Shown: positions 40,062 through 51,997 of the stretch, piece by piece | Position numbering within the stretch: the first letter of the stretch is position 1 | How the letters are laid out: each line of letters starts with the position of its first letter | Source: Octopus bimaculoides | Taxonomy: Eukaryota | Assembly: GCF_001194135.2 (NCBI RefSeq) | Contig: NC_068990.1 | Coordinates: 13,947,354 to 14,011,353, forward strand | Length of the DNA: 64,000 nt | Reading direction: 5' to 3' | Program-made: the position numbers and the translations under genes | Notes under the pieces: generated by a model | Told to the model about the DNA's origin: nothing | The model's database searches: none | Seen by the model: the letters and a program-made list of their open reading frames with translations, nothing else

Positions 40062-40929
40062 GAAAAAATGTTGATGACTAAGTTTGTCAATACACAATTT
40101 TTAGACACAATTATATAAAATACCAAAAGAAAAAAACAAAAAATACAACAGTGTATGTATGCTTGAAAATGGCTTTCATTACTCAACAGGATTTAAATAA
40201 ATTAGAAGTTATTAATCAAACTACACTGTGTTGTGAAACCATCTACACTGAAAGAGTTCTGGGGGTGCTGTGCTCCACCCACCTGGAATAATAATAAAAA
40301 AACATTCACACAACCCACCCCAACAAACTAAACTACATCTCTTCTCTTCTTCACATTTCCTCTATGCTTATTTCTCGCTCCCCAAGCCTGTCATCATTGC
40401 TATCCTGTTGTCCCCCACAACTCTTCTATATACCCACGTTTTACCAGTCACTGCAGTGCTTGTTTTTTTTTTTTTAAATGGCCCTCATAATTCAAACAGG
40501 ATTTTAAATAAATTAGGAGTCACTAATTAAATTACACTGTCTTGTGAAACCATCTACACAGAAAAATGGTTAAACAAGAGTGGTTGCACTGGAGAGGTAT
40601 TCATGGAACTGAAGGGACGGTGACTCCAAAATATACGACAATTATTTATTGCTTCTGAATACAGAAAGATTGTCGGCTCGCAAGATAGTCCAGTCCACAC
40701 TTTACAAACCTCCATGGTTCACTGCACAAGTGTTTATCATAACTTTGTGCAGTATTCAAGTGAATGAGACTTAAATCCTGCTCAGAACAGTTTGACAGTT
40801 TCCCATGGCAACACTTGAACTACTGAGCGCAATACTTTGAATAAATGAATTGGTGATCAGCAAAACAGTGCAACTACAACTTAAAGTGGTAAATTATATT
40901 GCTCTGCCATTTAATCAGATAGCTATACT

Positions 40930-41360
40930 TGTTAAGTATAGCAACCGAATCTCCCTGAAATCAGACCCTCTTACCTTATAAAAGGAAAACAAACGAATAT
41001 ATTGGCTAGTCTGAAAAAAAAAAAAAAAAAAAAAACTACTTAAAAGAGTGGTCAAGACCATTAGAATGGCTTTGATTGTATGTCTGGTTGAACAAGTCTG
41101 ACAGCAATAGCTTATTTGAAGCTAGGAGGACTTGGCTGTTCAGAGATAAGTATCTTACACAAAAGATGTAATGCAGAGCTAGTTGTTGGTGTCAATGTAG
41201 GCCTATGGTCAAAGGTATTCCAACCATGACCACCTGTCTTTTCCTTTCTCAGAGATAACTAAAATTTGCATTATCCAATGAGTCTTCCCATTTTACAAGA
41301 TGGTAAGATGTTATGACTTGAAGGACATTTTGTTGTTATTTCTAGCAGCTGTTAATCATA
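40930..41360. repeat. Two opposed copies of interspersed repeat family F
   Basis: Forward ATCTCCCTGAAATCAGACCCT... at about 40935-41140 and reverse ...CCTATGGTCAAAGGTATTCCAACCATGACC... at about 41170-41360. Other copies near 3836, 7010 and 28060. Confidence 0.65.
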
Positions 41361-41830
41361 CAACCACATAGAGCCCTTCCTCTTTGGTTGGTTGTGTACT
41401 CTCCTACTTTGGACATAGACACTCATGCATTTCATCAACAATCATCAATTTCTATTGTTAATCTACATCAAATTCTTTCAATCAAATACACTCATCCATT
41501 CACTGAGCACCTTAGATACTCAGCTAGACTGGCACAAAGTGAAAGGCTGGGCACAATGAGTTACCTGCATCAAAGTACCCAGACAGCAGCTCCCATTTTA
41601 TGAAGAGGAAAATTACTTGACCACTGATTGTGTTCGAGTATGGTAATAGAGATATTGATGCACAGGTAACTCAATGTAAGATTTTAACAATAGATCAACC
41701 ACTGCATGATGGGTAAGGCACTTGGAATTAATTAACCAATTATTGCTGAAGTTTGCTTTGTGTGGCATTAAAACTGTAGTAGAAAAAGTGGTACTCAAAC
41801 ACTGGACAGGTGTGGTGCAAGCTTTCTTCT

Positions 41831-41842
41831 TCACTCAGTTTT
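41831..41842 (-). CDS. CENPI: Probable CENP-I terminal coding exon (KTE-stop), followed by 3' UTR
   Basis: Strong acceptor tttcttcattttattttgttttAG at 41843-41844; in phase 0 it reads AAA ACT GAG TGA. Inferred from splice signals only, no homology support. Confidence 0.55.
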   Translation of the reverse strand, partial: KTE

Positions 41843-41957
41843 CTAAAACAAAATAAAATGAAGAAATGGTTTCAATAAATGGCTGTCCAAAATAAGAGGG
41901 ACTTGGTCATAAAGGTTAATCAAAAACTGATTGAATACCCATGGCATTTACCCATAA

Positions 41958-42178
41958 CACTTTAGCATTCAGATTATCCTGTCAAATGTAATCCTCACTT
42001 ATTCACGTTATTTTCAATTAATCATACATTATCTTGTACCTTTGAAATTTCAATGACATGATTGTTTATTTTTAGAACAACATTGAAGGGTTGAAGTGTG
42101 AGAGGCTGAATCTCACCAGTTTCACTATAAAACAGGTAGAATTTTGGTGTGGACACGGCTGGTTTGAATGCTAAATGG
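41958..42178. mobile_element. piggyBac-type MITE, degenerate
   Basis: ATAA|CACTTTAGCATT ... AATGCTAAATGG|ATAA termini; body homologous to the 43888 copy. Confidence 0.75.
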
Positions 42179-42464
42179 ATAATTTACAGAGCTTGAAATA
42201 TTCAAATATTTAATAAAATTAGAGGTTCAAGAATTGTGAAGTAGTGATGCTTAGTTTTAATTGAAAAGAAAAAAAGAAAAATTACCAAAAAAGATGCAGG
42301 TAAAATTTCTCTCAAGTTGTAAATACTGGTTTTACTAANNNNNNNNNNCACCTTCACCCCAATCAACCTGTCTGAATAAGAACTAACTAATTGATGACCC
42401 AAACAGGTGCCCTAGTATATATTAGGGTGTTTGTGAGCAGTTATTAAGAAGAAGAGAAACTTAC

Positions 42465-42566
42465 TGTTTGCAAATCTAACCGAGAATCAATGAACCGTGA
42501 GATGAAATCAGTTAAACCCTCCAATTCTTGATCACGCAGAAACTGGAAATAACCTTTCCGGTTTTT
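42465..42566 (-). CDS. CENPI: CENP-I penultimate (or last) coding exon
   Basis: Poly-T + acAG acceptor. KNRKGYFQFLRDQELEGLTDFISRFIDSRLDLQT resembles GKKWSWYLDYLFSQGLQGLKLFIRSSV. Followed by ACA|GTAAGT donor; if unspliced it reads on to TAA at 42444-42446. Confidence 0.88.
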
Positions 42567-42699
42567 CTGTAAAAAAAAGAGAAAAAAGGAGATTTCAGAA
42601 TAGCTAGTTGGATTAATTTTTGCTAAAGAACTGAAGATGTGACACATAATATTGGTAATAACAGAGAGTAATTTTGTTGATGAAGGTCAACCCACACCA

Positions 42700-42972
42700 A
42701 AAATCAATGCTGAGACCCCCTTCGGTCATGACTGACCATGGGATTGCACCTAGAAAGTTATCTTCCCAAGCACAAGTCCAGGCAAGGTTGTTTATGGAAG
42801 ACCAGCAGTCGCCCATGCACACTGGCCTCCCCTCTCCACGCCACTAGTGTTATCCAAGGGAATGTGAAATAGAGTGTCTTGCTCAAGAACACAACACAGC
42901 CTGGTCTAGGATTCAAACTCACAACCTCACAATCGTAAGTTCGATGCTCTAGCCACTAAGCTATGCGCCTTC
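42700..42972 (-). mobile_element. tRNA-derived SINE (CENP-I intron)
   Basis: Reverse head GCCACTAAGCTATGCGCCTTCA and GTGTCTTGCTCAAG core. Confidence 0.8.
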
Positions 42973-43189
42973 ACAAATCAATAGGTATTAGATATTTTAA
43001 CTGTAGATTATATTCTTCCTATACCCAGAGATATACCAACTGTGGCCATCACAACTTTTCAGAGGTACCTAAGTTACGATATATTCTTTAGGATGTGATC
43101 TGAAGGGGGCTTTGGCTACTATTCCTAGCAAGTTGAGCATGGAGAAACTTCCTCATCAATTCATTCCATTGTAATAATGGTTTCAAATT

Positions 43190-43432
43190 TGGGCACAAGG
43201 CCAGCAATTCAAGGGGAGGGGATAAGTCGATTACATCAACCCCAGTGTTCAACTGGTGCTAATTCTATTGACTTTGAAAAGATGAAAGGCAAAGGTGGCC
43301 TTGGCAGAACTTGAACTCACAATACAGAGATGGACGAAATGCTGCTCAGAATTTGCTGATAGACTGCTAATAGACTGCCACCCTACCTACCCCAAATTTT
43401 CGGGCCTTGTTCCTAGAGTAGAAAAGAATAAT
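43190..43432. mobile_element. SINE family B reverse copy plus a forward tail fragment
   Basis: Reverse body about 43190-43345; forward tail about 43385-43432, ending ~15 nt from the small-exon donor. Confidence 0.75.
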
Positions 43433-43447
43433 TTGATAAATACTTAC

Positions 43448-43486
43448 TCGTATCAATGAAGGATGCTGTCGGTTCTGGGGCATTTC
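43448..43486 (-). CDS. CENPI: CENP-I 39-nt small exon (phase 0 to 0)
   Basis: ttttcactctcctcAG acceptor, CGA|GTAAGT donor. EMPQNRQHPSLIR resembles ESPEERTVNVSSIR. Confidence 0.85.
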
Positions 43487-43887
43487 CTGAGGAGAGTGAA
43501 AAGACAAAAACATTTCGATATTAGTATCTTGAAAATCAAAAGATTGTATATATACTTATTTCTGATAGTTGAATTGTAGTTCTCTGGTTAAATGTCATTT
43601 AAATATTGCTGTAAGAAAACTCCAGTTTCTATTTCATAGATGCCATTAGAAGAGCCCACTTTATTACAAGTATTCAGGTCCCTGAAAATGCTAAGGGACA
43701 CTGCTCTTCCTGTCTGTGAGAGAGAGGGAGAGAAATATTCCATGTCTTTTCTAAAATAGTACACTAGTTTAGTATAGAAAGAAGTGGTATCTGTTTTTCA
43801 GTCAGCCAGGACCAAAGTGTAGAATAAAGAAAGAAAATTAATCAAAGATTAATTAATTGATTGAATGGCCATGGCATTTACCATTAA

Positions 43888-44066
43888 CCCTTTGGCATTC
43901 AGATTACTTTCTCTCTTTCATATGTAATGTGTATTTATTCACATTGTTTGGAACTTATGTATTATCACGTAGCTTTGAAACTTTGGTGATGTGATTGTAT
44001 ATTTTTAGAATGACATTGAATGGTAGGTGTGAGAGGCTGGATCTGGCCAGTATAAATGTTAAAGGG
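43888..44066. mobile_element. piggyBac-type MITE (internally deleted)
   Basis: TTAA|CCCTTTGGCATT ... AATGTTAAAGGG|ATAA termini; same family as 41958-42178. Confidence 0.8.
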
Positions 44067-45074
44067 ATAATATAAAAAAAAAAGGATGATCAAGGCCCAA
44101 ACACTATTGACCACAAGCTGACCTAGGGTTAAACAACAACAGTTGACTCATTGAACACTGATTCAGGCAGCAATGGTTAAAAGACAGATTGGCTGAAGGA
44201 TGAGAAAGAAATTTATGAAAAGAAAAACAAAATACCCTTCTGGTTATTGCAGGTGAATAAATTAATACATTAAAATTAAATGAGAATGAAAGGAAGAGGA
44301 GGAGAGGGAAACAATGAACAAAGAAAGCTGGGGGTGGGGTGGGGGTGTTGGATGTTATCTTAGTAGTAGCATTTCCATTAGTTATTGTGCCAAGGGAAAA
44401 AATATTTTGCCTCTTACGGAGAGCATATATGTTCCGGTTAATTTATATTTTTATCGGAATGTGATTGGTGTGTGGCAGGACAAGTAAGTTAATTACTCTA
44501 TCAAAGTAATATTCCAAGGAAACATTCTTGCTTCCACTCACAAGAAATAGCAAAGGAATAAAGAAAGATAATGAAAAGAATCCGAAATATGCAAATATAT
44601 TCCTGTAAACAACGCAGAAAAATGCAGCTGAAATGCATTATTAATATATTAAAATATTAATACAAGAATGGTGAGTATTAGAAGAATGGTAGATAAAAAT
44701 TCCAGAGCTTGAAAGTACATGAAGTCTATGAAACTTTATGAAAATAGTTGTTCCTGTTCTCTAGCTCAACATGAAGCCTAGAATGAAAGGCACTCCAGCT
44801 GTGACCATCCCAACACATTATTTGACATTGTGCCAGAGAAGGAAATAATAGAAAAGTTGGCTCAATTCTAAGAAAATTATATTTGTTTACTTGTTTCAGT
44901 CATAGGAAACTGGCCAGACTGGGGCATTGCCTTCAAGGGTTTCAGGCAAGTACGTCAGTCCAAGTACTTTGGGACTTGTTGATCTCATGAGAAACAGAAG
45001 CCAAGTTGTCCTTGACGGGAAAGGATGTTTGTAACTCAGCTGCACTGACTTCAGGTCTCCTACTTTTTGAAATG

Positions 45075-45275
45075 GAGTAAGGAAACTGATTGAAGCTTTC
45101 AAAGATATTAGTTGCTGCATGGTTTTTTCCTAAACTAAATTTCTTATAATCACACATAGATCTTTCCTGAAAATCTTGGTGCACTGATGCACAAGGAGAA
45201 TTTTTACCAGGAAGATTGATATCAAGGATTCTGGAATGAAACTATGATGGCAGACTACTGTTGAATGCTAGTTGG
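45075..45275 (+). mobile_element. Chapaev3-like transposase C-terminal fragment (in CENP-I intron)
   Basis: With frameshifts reads VRKLIEAFKDISCCM..KLNFL*SHID.FPENLGA..DAQGE.FYQ...YQGFWNETMMADYC, matching the recalled LHSHLDFFPENLGAVSDEQGERFHQ...YQG.W...MMADYCW tail. Confidence 0.75.
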
Positions 45276-45451
45276 TGTTGACACAAATTACAATTACATC
45301 TGTTTAATTGTGAATATGTAAACAGAAAGGGGCTTTTTTTGTTGGTTGTTGTAATATTTTGAAGTACAATCACAGAGAAGGAATTAAATTTTATAGAATC
45401 AGTGGTGGGAGAACAAGAAATGGTGAATAAAGAGAGAGAGAAATAACCAAC

Positions 45452-45722
45452 CTGTCTCAGGTATAACTGTGCATGTCCTAAGAACGCTTGATGATGTAAC
45501 AAGGATAAAGATGAATTCACAGATTTGCTACGAATTCCAGGTATGGAGAAGATATCAAAATCAAACAAAATGGTATCAGGAGTTTGTTCTGTAGTATCAA
45601 AAGCTTTGTAACGCCAAAGAGCATTGCAGATATCTAAAACATAGACATTCAACTTTTTAATGTGTTTGTCAAGTTTATAGGGTGTCTGAAGCTTCTTTAA
45701 GTTCTGGAACACACTTGAGTAA
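45452..45722 (-). CDS. CENPI: CENP-I coding exon (phase 2 to 0)
   Basis: cttttcttcttgcAG acceptor, CAG|GTTGGT donor. (D)YSSVFQNLKK...LNVYVLDICNALWRYKAF...SSLSLLHHQAFLGHAQLYLRQ resembles FNHYLTSMVGCLWTSKPF...SLNVVHHPSFLSYAVSFLLQ. Confidence 0.92.
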
Positions 45723-45849
45723 CTGCAAGAAGAAAAGATGAAATGAATGAATATGTATATATATATGTATATATATCGTGTGCCATTTTATATTTTAAAT
45801 TTTGTGCATACACATTATTTGTTTTTGATTTTGTCGACCACACAGTATA

Positions 45850-46615
45850 GTAGGGTCAGCTGGGCACCGTCTGTGAGAAAAACAGCACCATGATGCAATT
45901 CACTCTGCCAGAAATTTGGAAATGACATGCTGTACTACTTGGCATTTGCACCGGAAGCTCCAATACGAACATTTCAGAGTGTTTGGGTATCAATCTGAGA
46001 ACATATACCGAGAGAGATAAAATTCAACCATCCAGTCAACATCATGGTGTTTGGAGTGATTACTAGTGATGGCGACGTTATGCCTCCATTCATCCTCTCA
46101 TACGACCTCAGACTCAACACAGGCCTACATCAAGTGTCTGGAGGAGGGAGTGCTGTGCTGGGTCAAGAGGGTGGCTGCTGGAGGACCTTGTCTGGCAACA
46201 GGATTCTGCACCACACCACACAGGCAGGAGAACCCAGTCGTGGCTGTCAGACAATTTCTGCAACCACATTACCCCTAATATCTGGCCACCTAACTCACCA
46301 CACTGCAATCCCATTGATTATTATGTATGGGACACAGTTAAGCAAGAGACCAGCAAAACTCCTTGTAACACCAAAGATGAACTGAAGGCAAGGATTATGG
46401 CAGCATTCACCAACTTAAACAAGGAGATTTGCAAGAGATTCCGAAGTCACCTGGAAGCCATGGTTGAAATCAATGGCGATTTTATTGAATAAATTTACCC
46501 TTTATTATTTCATGATATTTTTATGTAATTTTGGTACATATATCTGTTAAAATGAGATATCAGTGTTATTTCCATTTCTGCGTAATTCATATGACAGTTT
46601 ATATATCACACCCTG
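45850..46615 (+). mobile_element. maT/DD37D Tc1/mariner transposon remnant (in CENP-I intron)
   Basis: Frameshifted HPVNIMVFGVITSDGDVMPPFI...AYIKCLE...WQQDSAPHHTGRRTQSWLSDNF...WPPNSPHCNPIDY; 37 residues separate the second and third Asp. Ends ...CACACCCTG at 46615 (CAGGG-type TIR). Confidence 0.88.
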
Positions 46616-46956
46616 CATAGATGTAAGTCACCTGTCCAATGTACTTCATTTCCCTGTTATAACATACACTTCCTTTCCTTGTCTTTCTTCTTTTTGTCCT
46701 TTATTTTTATTGCTTTTCCACCATCATACACTATGTCAAGAATCCTATATATAAATCTGCCAATTCCATCTTTTCTTCGTTTATAACTTATCTGAACACC
46801 CTGTGCACTGACAGGCAAAACTCAGAGTAGCAAGAGGCCGACTAAAATATTAGTCTCTACTGAGGTATCAAGTACACTTTTTAACCAACTTCCAATAAAT
46901 ATGCATGTGTGCGCACACACGTTTGTGTATGAGGTTATATTTTGCAAAATTGTTTA

Positions 46957-47110
46957 AGGTGGAAAGCTGGCAGAATTGTTAGCATGCTAGGTGAAATGCT
47001 TAGTGGAATTTCATGTCCTTACATTCAGAGTTCAACTTTGCATTTCATCCTTTTGGGGTTGATAAAATAAGCAGCCGGTGAGTACTGGGGTTTATGTAAT
47101 CAACTTAACT
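46957..47110 (+). mobile_element. SINE family B
   Basis: AGCTGGCAGAATTGTTAGCA head and family body. Confidence 0.8.
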
Positions 47111-48400
47111 ACTCCTGGGTAAGTGTATAAAAACTGCACTTGTCTGTAAAGCCATGTTGAGCTAGAGAAGCAGAGTGGGCTCATCAAACCAGTATGATCT
47201 CTGGCTCAAATACACAACCTCCACATCAGATCATGATTAGTGGAGAGAACATGCTGAGGCCTCCATACTGCAGTGGGCTGAACACAGGTAATCTAATCCA
47301 ATTGTTTAGCAAAGAATCTATGTTAAATTTTATCAACTTAACAGAGAGTGTCCATGGTTGAAGTTTTTGGAAAATATGAAGGTGTTGGACCATTTGAATA
47401 GCAATTATATTTATGCAGATCAACTTAGCTTCGACAAAGCTCACCAAGTGATAGGTATGTAAATAAAATTAATCAAACTTTTTAAAGGCAAGAGGCACAA
47501 ACAAAATAAATTTTTCACTCAGGTAGTAAAGGAACCCGCTTGAAAGATTGCTGAATCTTCTAGAAATAGGCACCAAATTTGTACCAAGCCAAACCAAACC
47601 AAACTATACAATCTTAAAGATATAATACATATTAGGTAATGTATTCCAGGGTGCATAATTTATCCTTTATCTTTTACTTGTTTCTCTGATATGCTGGAAC
47701 CCACACAGCACCGGAGCAATGGAAAATAAAGTGCTTAGCTCAACAACACAACATACTTCCAGATCCAGGAAATGAACCCACGATCTGGTGATTGTGAGTG
47801 CAACACCATAACCACTAGGCCATCACATAAACTACCTTCAATTCTTGCTGGTAAGAACAAGAATTCTACAATGGATCGAGAACTTCAAAGGAATGCTGTA
47901 GTCCAATGGTAGAACATCTATTATGTTAACAAAAGAAGTGGATTCAAGTCCCACAGGTAGCCTTGGGCTTTTTTCATCCAAATCGTTTTTTAATTCAGTA
48001 TTTACACATAATTATTAACAGCTTTATCAATTTTGAATTCAAGCTGGTGCCATGTAAAAAGCATCTGATACACCCTGTAAGGTAGTTGGCACTAAGAAGG
48101 GCATCCAGCCATAGAGATCTTGCCAAAATAGACGACTGGTACCTGGTCCAGCTCTCAGGCTTGCCAGATACTGCCAAACTGTCCAACCCATGCCAGCTTA
48201 GAAAACGGACACTAAATGACAATGATGTATTCCACTGCTTTTAGAACATTTATAAAGCTTAAATAAATAGAAACAACCCTACAATGAGAATGGAAAATAA
48301 TTAGATTATAAAAACAAGATACACACAAACACAGATAGTAAAATTCCTACAAGCAATTCTGAGCATCAGCAGAAACATGAAAGGATTCAGTGAAACTTAC

Positions 48401-48525
48401 TCAAAGATGATACGGCACAAACGTGAAATAACTGTGCACTGATTAGAGACAATGAGGCGACCGACAAATTCTGGTGATGGAATGGTCAATAATGGGAAGT
48501 TGGTGTTCAGAACGTTTCTTAGCAT
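48401..48525 (-). CDS. CENPI: CENP-I coding exon (phase 0 to 2)
   Basis: cctttctttccacAG acceptor, GA|GTAAGT donor. MLRNVLNTNFPLLTIPSPEFVGRLIVSNQCTVISRLCRIIF resembles VCDIYINYNLPLVVLFPPGIFYSALLSLDTSILNQLCFIMH. Confidence 0.92.
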
Positions 48526-49120
48526 CTGTGGAAAGAAAGGAGTTATTACATAGTAAAAACAGATGACTTATTATGCATTTAGTGTATGAGAGAGAGGGAA
48601 AAATGATGTTATGATAGGCATACTTTCCAGGGATGTTTTGCTAAACTTTGTAAGAGAACTATAATAGATACAAGTGAAAACTAAATGTAATATTATTTTC
48701 AAATTTTGGCACAAGGCCAGCAATTTTGCGGGAGAGGGTAAGTTGATAACAGCTACCCTGACAGAATGAAAGGCAGACAGACCTCAGCAGAATCTGAACT
48801 CAACAACATTTTGTCCATTTGCATGACTGGCCTAAACAGTATACCTTGCAGACTGACACCACTGTCTAATTCCACTAACAAATCTTGAGTTGATTTAAAG
48901 CTATGGTAGAAGTTGCTTAAACTGCCATGCAGTGGGACTAACCCCCACACCAAAATGCAACAGTGAAGCAAACTTCTTAATCACAAGGCTAAGACAGTGC
49001 TCAACTTCATAACAAAAGATTTATTGTAGTGAAATAAAAACTTAGTTCTCTTTTCTGTACAGTGTTACCATCTAACAAAAAACAATTTGCTTAGGTCTTT
49101 AATAAAAATTCAGCCACTAT

Positions 49121-49710
49121 ACTCTTACTCTTTTACTTGTTTCAGTCATTTGACTGCGGCCATGCTGAAGCAACGCCTTTAGTCGAGCAAATCAACCCTA
49201 GGACTTATTCTTTGTAAGCCTAGTACTTATTCTATTGGTCTCTTTTGCCGAAATGCTAAGTTACGGGGACGTAAACACACCAGCATCGGTTGTAAAGCGA
49301 TGTTGGGGGAGGGGACAAACAGACACACAAACATATACACACACATACTTACACCCACAGACAAATAGACAAATAAACANNNNNNNNNNNNNNNNNNNNN
49401 NNNNNNNNNNNNNNNNNNNNNNNNNNNNNNNNNNNNNNNNNNNNNNNNNNNNNNNNNNNNNNNNNNNNNNNNNNNNNNNNNNNNNNNNNNNNNNNNNNNN
49501 NNNNNNNNNNNNNNNNNNNNNNNNNNNNNNATATATATATATATATATATATATACGACGGGCTTCTTTCAGTTTCCATCTACCAAGTCCACTCACAAGG
49601 CTTTGGTCGGCCCGAGGCTAAAGTAGAAGACACTTGCCCAAGGTGCCACACAGTGGGTCTGAACCCGGAACCATGTGGTTGGTAAGCAAGCTACTTATCA
49701 CACAGCCATT
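49121..49710 (-). mobile_element. SINE family A (CENP-I intron)
   Basis: Full-length reverse copy with a gap in the microsatellite. Confidence 0.9.
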
Positions 49711-49805
49711 CATGAAGAAAAGTGGAAAACAAAACAAACTATGTTTTTAGATTTCAAGCAATATCTTTAGTAAATATGTTTAATAAACAAAGACAGTAAG
49801 CTTAC

Positions 49806-49959
49806 TTGTTCTTGGAACCATAGGCTGAAATGTACCATTACCAAGTGGTCATCCTCACAGAGTAATCCTAGGAGGCAAAGTTCATCAACAAAGTCAATAA
49901 GTTTCTTGAACTCAATATGAGCTTGAAAATCATCAAAATCACCTTGGAAGAAACTGGAC
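49806..49959 (-). CDS. CENPI: CENP-I coding exon (phase 2 to 0)
   Basis: aatttttcAG acceptor, CAA|GTAAGC donor. (E)SSFFQGDFDDFQAHIEFKKLIDFVDELCLLGLLCEDDHLVMVHFSLWFQEQ resembles SKLIHYVGWLSTTAMRLESNNTFLLHFILDFYEK. The ORF track shows the wrong frame here. Confidence 0.9.
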
Positions 49960-50257
49960 CTGAAAAATTAGAAATACTATATATATGTGGCTGCGTGTGT
50001 GTATACATACTTACAGGCACAGAGACAAATACACACACATACTTACACCCACAGACAAATAGACAAATACACACAAACGTACACACATACTTACAGACAA
50101 ATACACACACACATACATATATGAGTGAAAGAACAAAGAAGCATTTAACACATTTGGTGGGAATAGATATATTAGCATTTGATTCAGTTCCATATATCTT
50201 GAAAGTTTTGTAGACTTGTCACACGAGCGTATCTGCACTCCTACACTTTCCCTACAG

Positions 50258-50653
50258 ACTCTTTTACTTGTTTCAGTCATTTGACTGTGGCCATGCTGGA
50301 GCACCGCCTTTAGTCGAGCAAATTGACCCCAGGACTTATTCTTTGGAAGCCTAGTACTTATTCTATTATTCTCTTTTGCCGAACCGCTAAGTTACGGGGA
50401 CGTAAACACACCACCATCAGTTGTCAAGCGATGTTGGGGGGGGGGGGGAACAAAGAGACGCACAAACACATACATATATATATACATATATACGACGGGC
50501 TTCTTTCAGTTTCCATCTACCAAATCCACTCAAAAGGCTTTGGTCGGCCCGAAGCTATAGAAGACACTTGCCCAAGGTGCCACGCAGTGAGACTGAACCC
50601 GGAACAATGTGGTTCGTAAGAAAGCTACTTACCACACAGCCACTCCTACGCCT
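50258..50653 (-). mobile_element. SINE family A (CENP-I intron)
   Basis: Full-length reverse copy. Confidence 0.9.
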
Positions 50654-50900
50654 ATAAATCTACAGAGTCTATTTATTTATTCCTTTGTTCTGACCTTCTA
50701 TCTGTCCCTCTCTTGTCCTACAAGACATTTTCATTTTCCTTTACATTGTTCCATATTTGTCTGTCTTGAAGCTGTATGGCTTTTTGAGATATATGTAAAA
50801 TTATTATAATTGTTTTATTTTGTCAAGTTTGTTTTCGTCATTGTCCTGTACATTCGTTAGCTATTTCCAGTGACTTAAAAATACAACAATTGTATGTCAA

Positions 50901-51119
50901 CCCTTTCGTTACTGTATTTATTTTGAGATACTCTGTTCCTTTCAATCATTTTTAAATATAACAAAGAATTGAGTAAAATAACTAAGTTATCATTCAGCTA
51001 GTGTTAGGAACATAGATTGTGACGAAGATTTGGTAAAAGATTCTAATTCAAAACTTATGAAAACAAGACATTTGTACTTAGAGCCAGAGCCGGTTTTGGC
51101 CGGGTTGGTAACGACAGGG
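50901..51119. mobile_element. piggyBac-type MITE
   Basis: TCAA|CCCTTTCGTTAC ... GTAACGACAGGG|TTAA termini. Confidence 0.8.
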
Positions 51120-51509
51120 TTAATGCAATTAAATCAATTGATGGATTTATAAAGTGAGATCTAAAATAAAGATGATACATCTTATTTGTTGTTGTTAAAT
51201 ATTCTGAATTTTTTTAAAATCTATAAAAGGATAATTGGATTTACCTGTCGTGCATGTGGATTTACCTGGGATATGTATTCTGCTTAACCATTTTCTTTTA
51301 TATTGAGTGCTTAATTGATATCTGCCAGGAATTTTTAAATCCCATTTTTCTTCTAATTATATATATTTATATGTATAAATATCATCGTCGTTTAACGTCC
51401 GCTTTCCATGCTTACATACATACAGACAGATATATAAAAGCAAAGCATATAGGTGCAGAAATAAGGTGGAAAATATAGCAATGAGACAATAAAAGGTAGA
51501 GTAAAATAT

Positions 51510-51800
51510 AGCATGGTTTAGTGGTTAGAGTGTTGCACTCAGGATAGCTAGATCACAGGTTCAAATCCCAAACTGAGTGATGCATTGGGTTCTTGAGCAA
51601 AACACTTCATTTCATGTTACTTCAGTTCACTCAGCTGTAAATAGGTAACCTTGCAACAGGTTAGGCCTTCCGGTCAGGGGGAATGATGTCAGCAGGGTGG
51701 TATCATTCAAACGCTAAAACAATGCAAAGTGCACTGTGACCAGCAATGTATAACAACATCCAGTAGACTGGTTGATCGCTTAATCTCACAATTATAGCTG
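51510..51800 (+). mobile_element. tRNA-derived SINE (CENP-I intron)
   Basis: GGTTTAGTGGTTAGAG / GGTTCAAATCCC boxes and CTTGAGCAAAACACTT core. Confidence 0.75.
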
Positions 51801-51997
51801 AAAGACTTCAACTAAAGTGAATCCAAAATAGACTCAGTGGGATGTGATTTCAATGTAGAACATTGGGAGGGGGAAGAACAGTAAAGCAGTTAAAGATGAT
51901 TTGTTCATGAAAAGCCTAATTATGAACTGGTTCAGTTACTCTAAACAATCAGATGGGTTTCCTCAAGAAACTGTTGAGCCCCAGTTCAAGCAGACAT

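Noticed and set aside
41613-41834. 73-aa ORF immediately after CENP-I
   Set aside because: GTG start in a different frame from the spliced exon, no recognisable homology; better read as 3' UTR.
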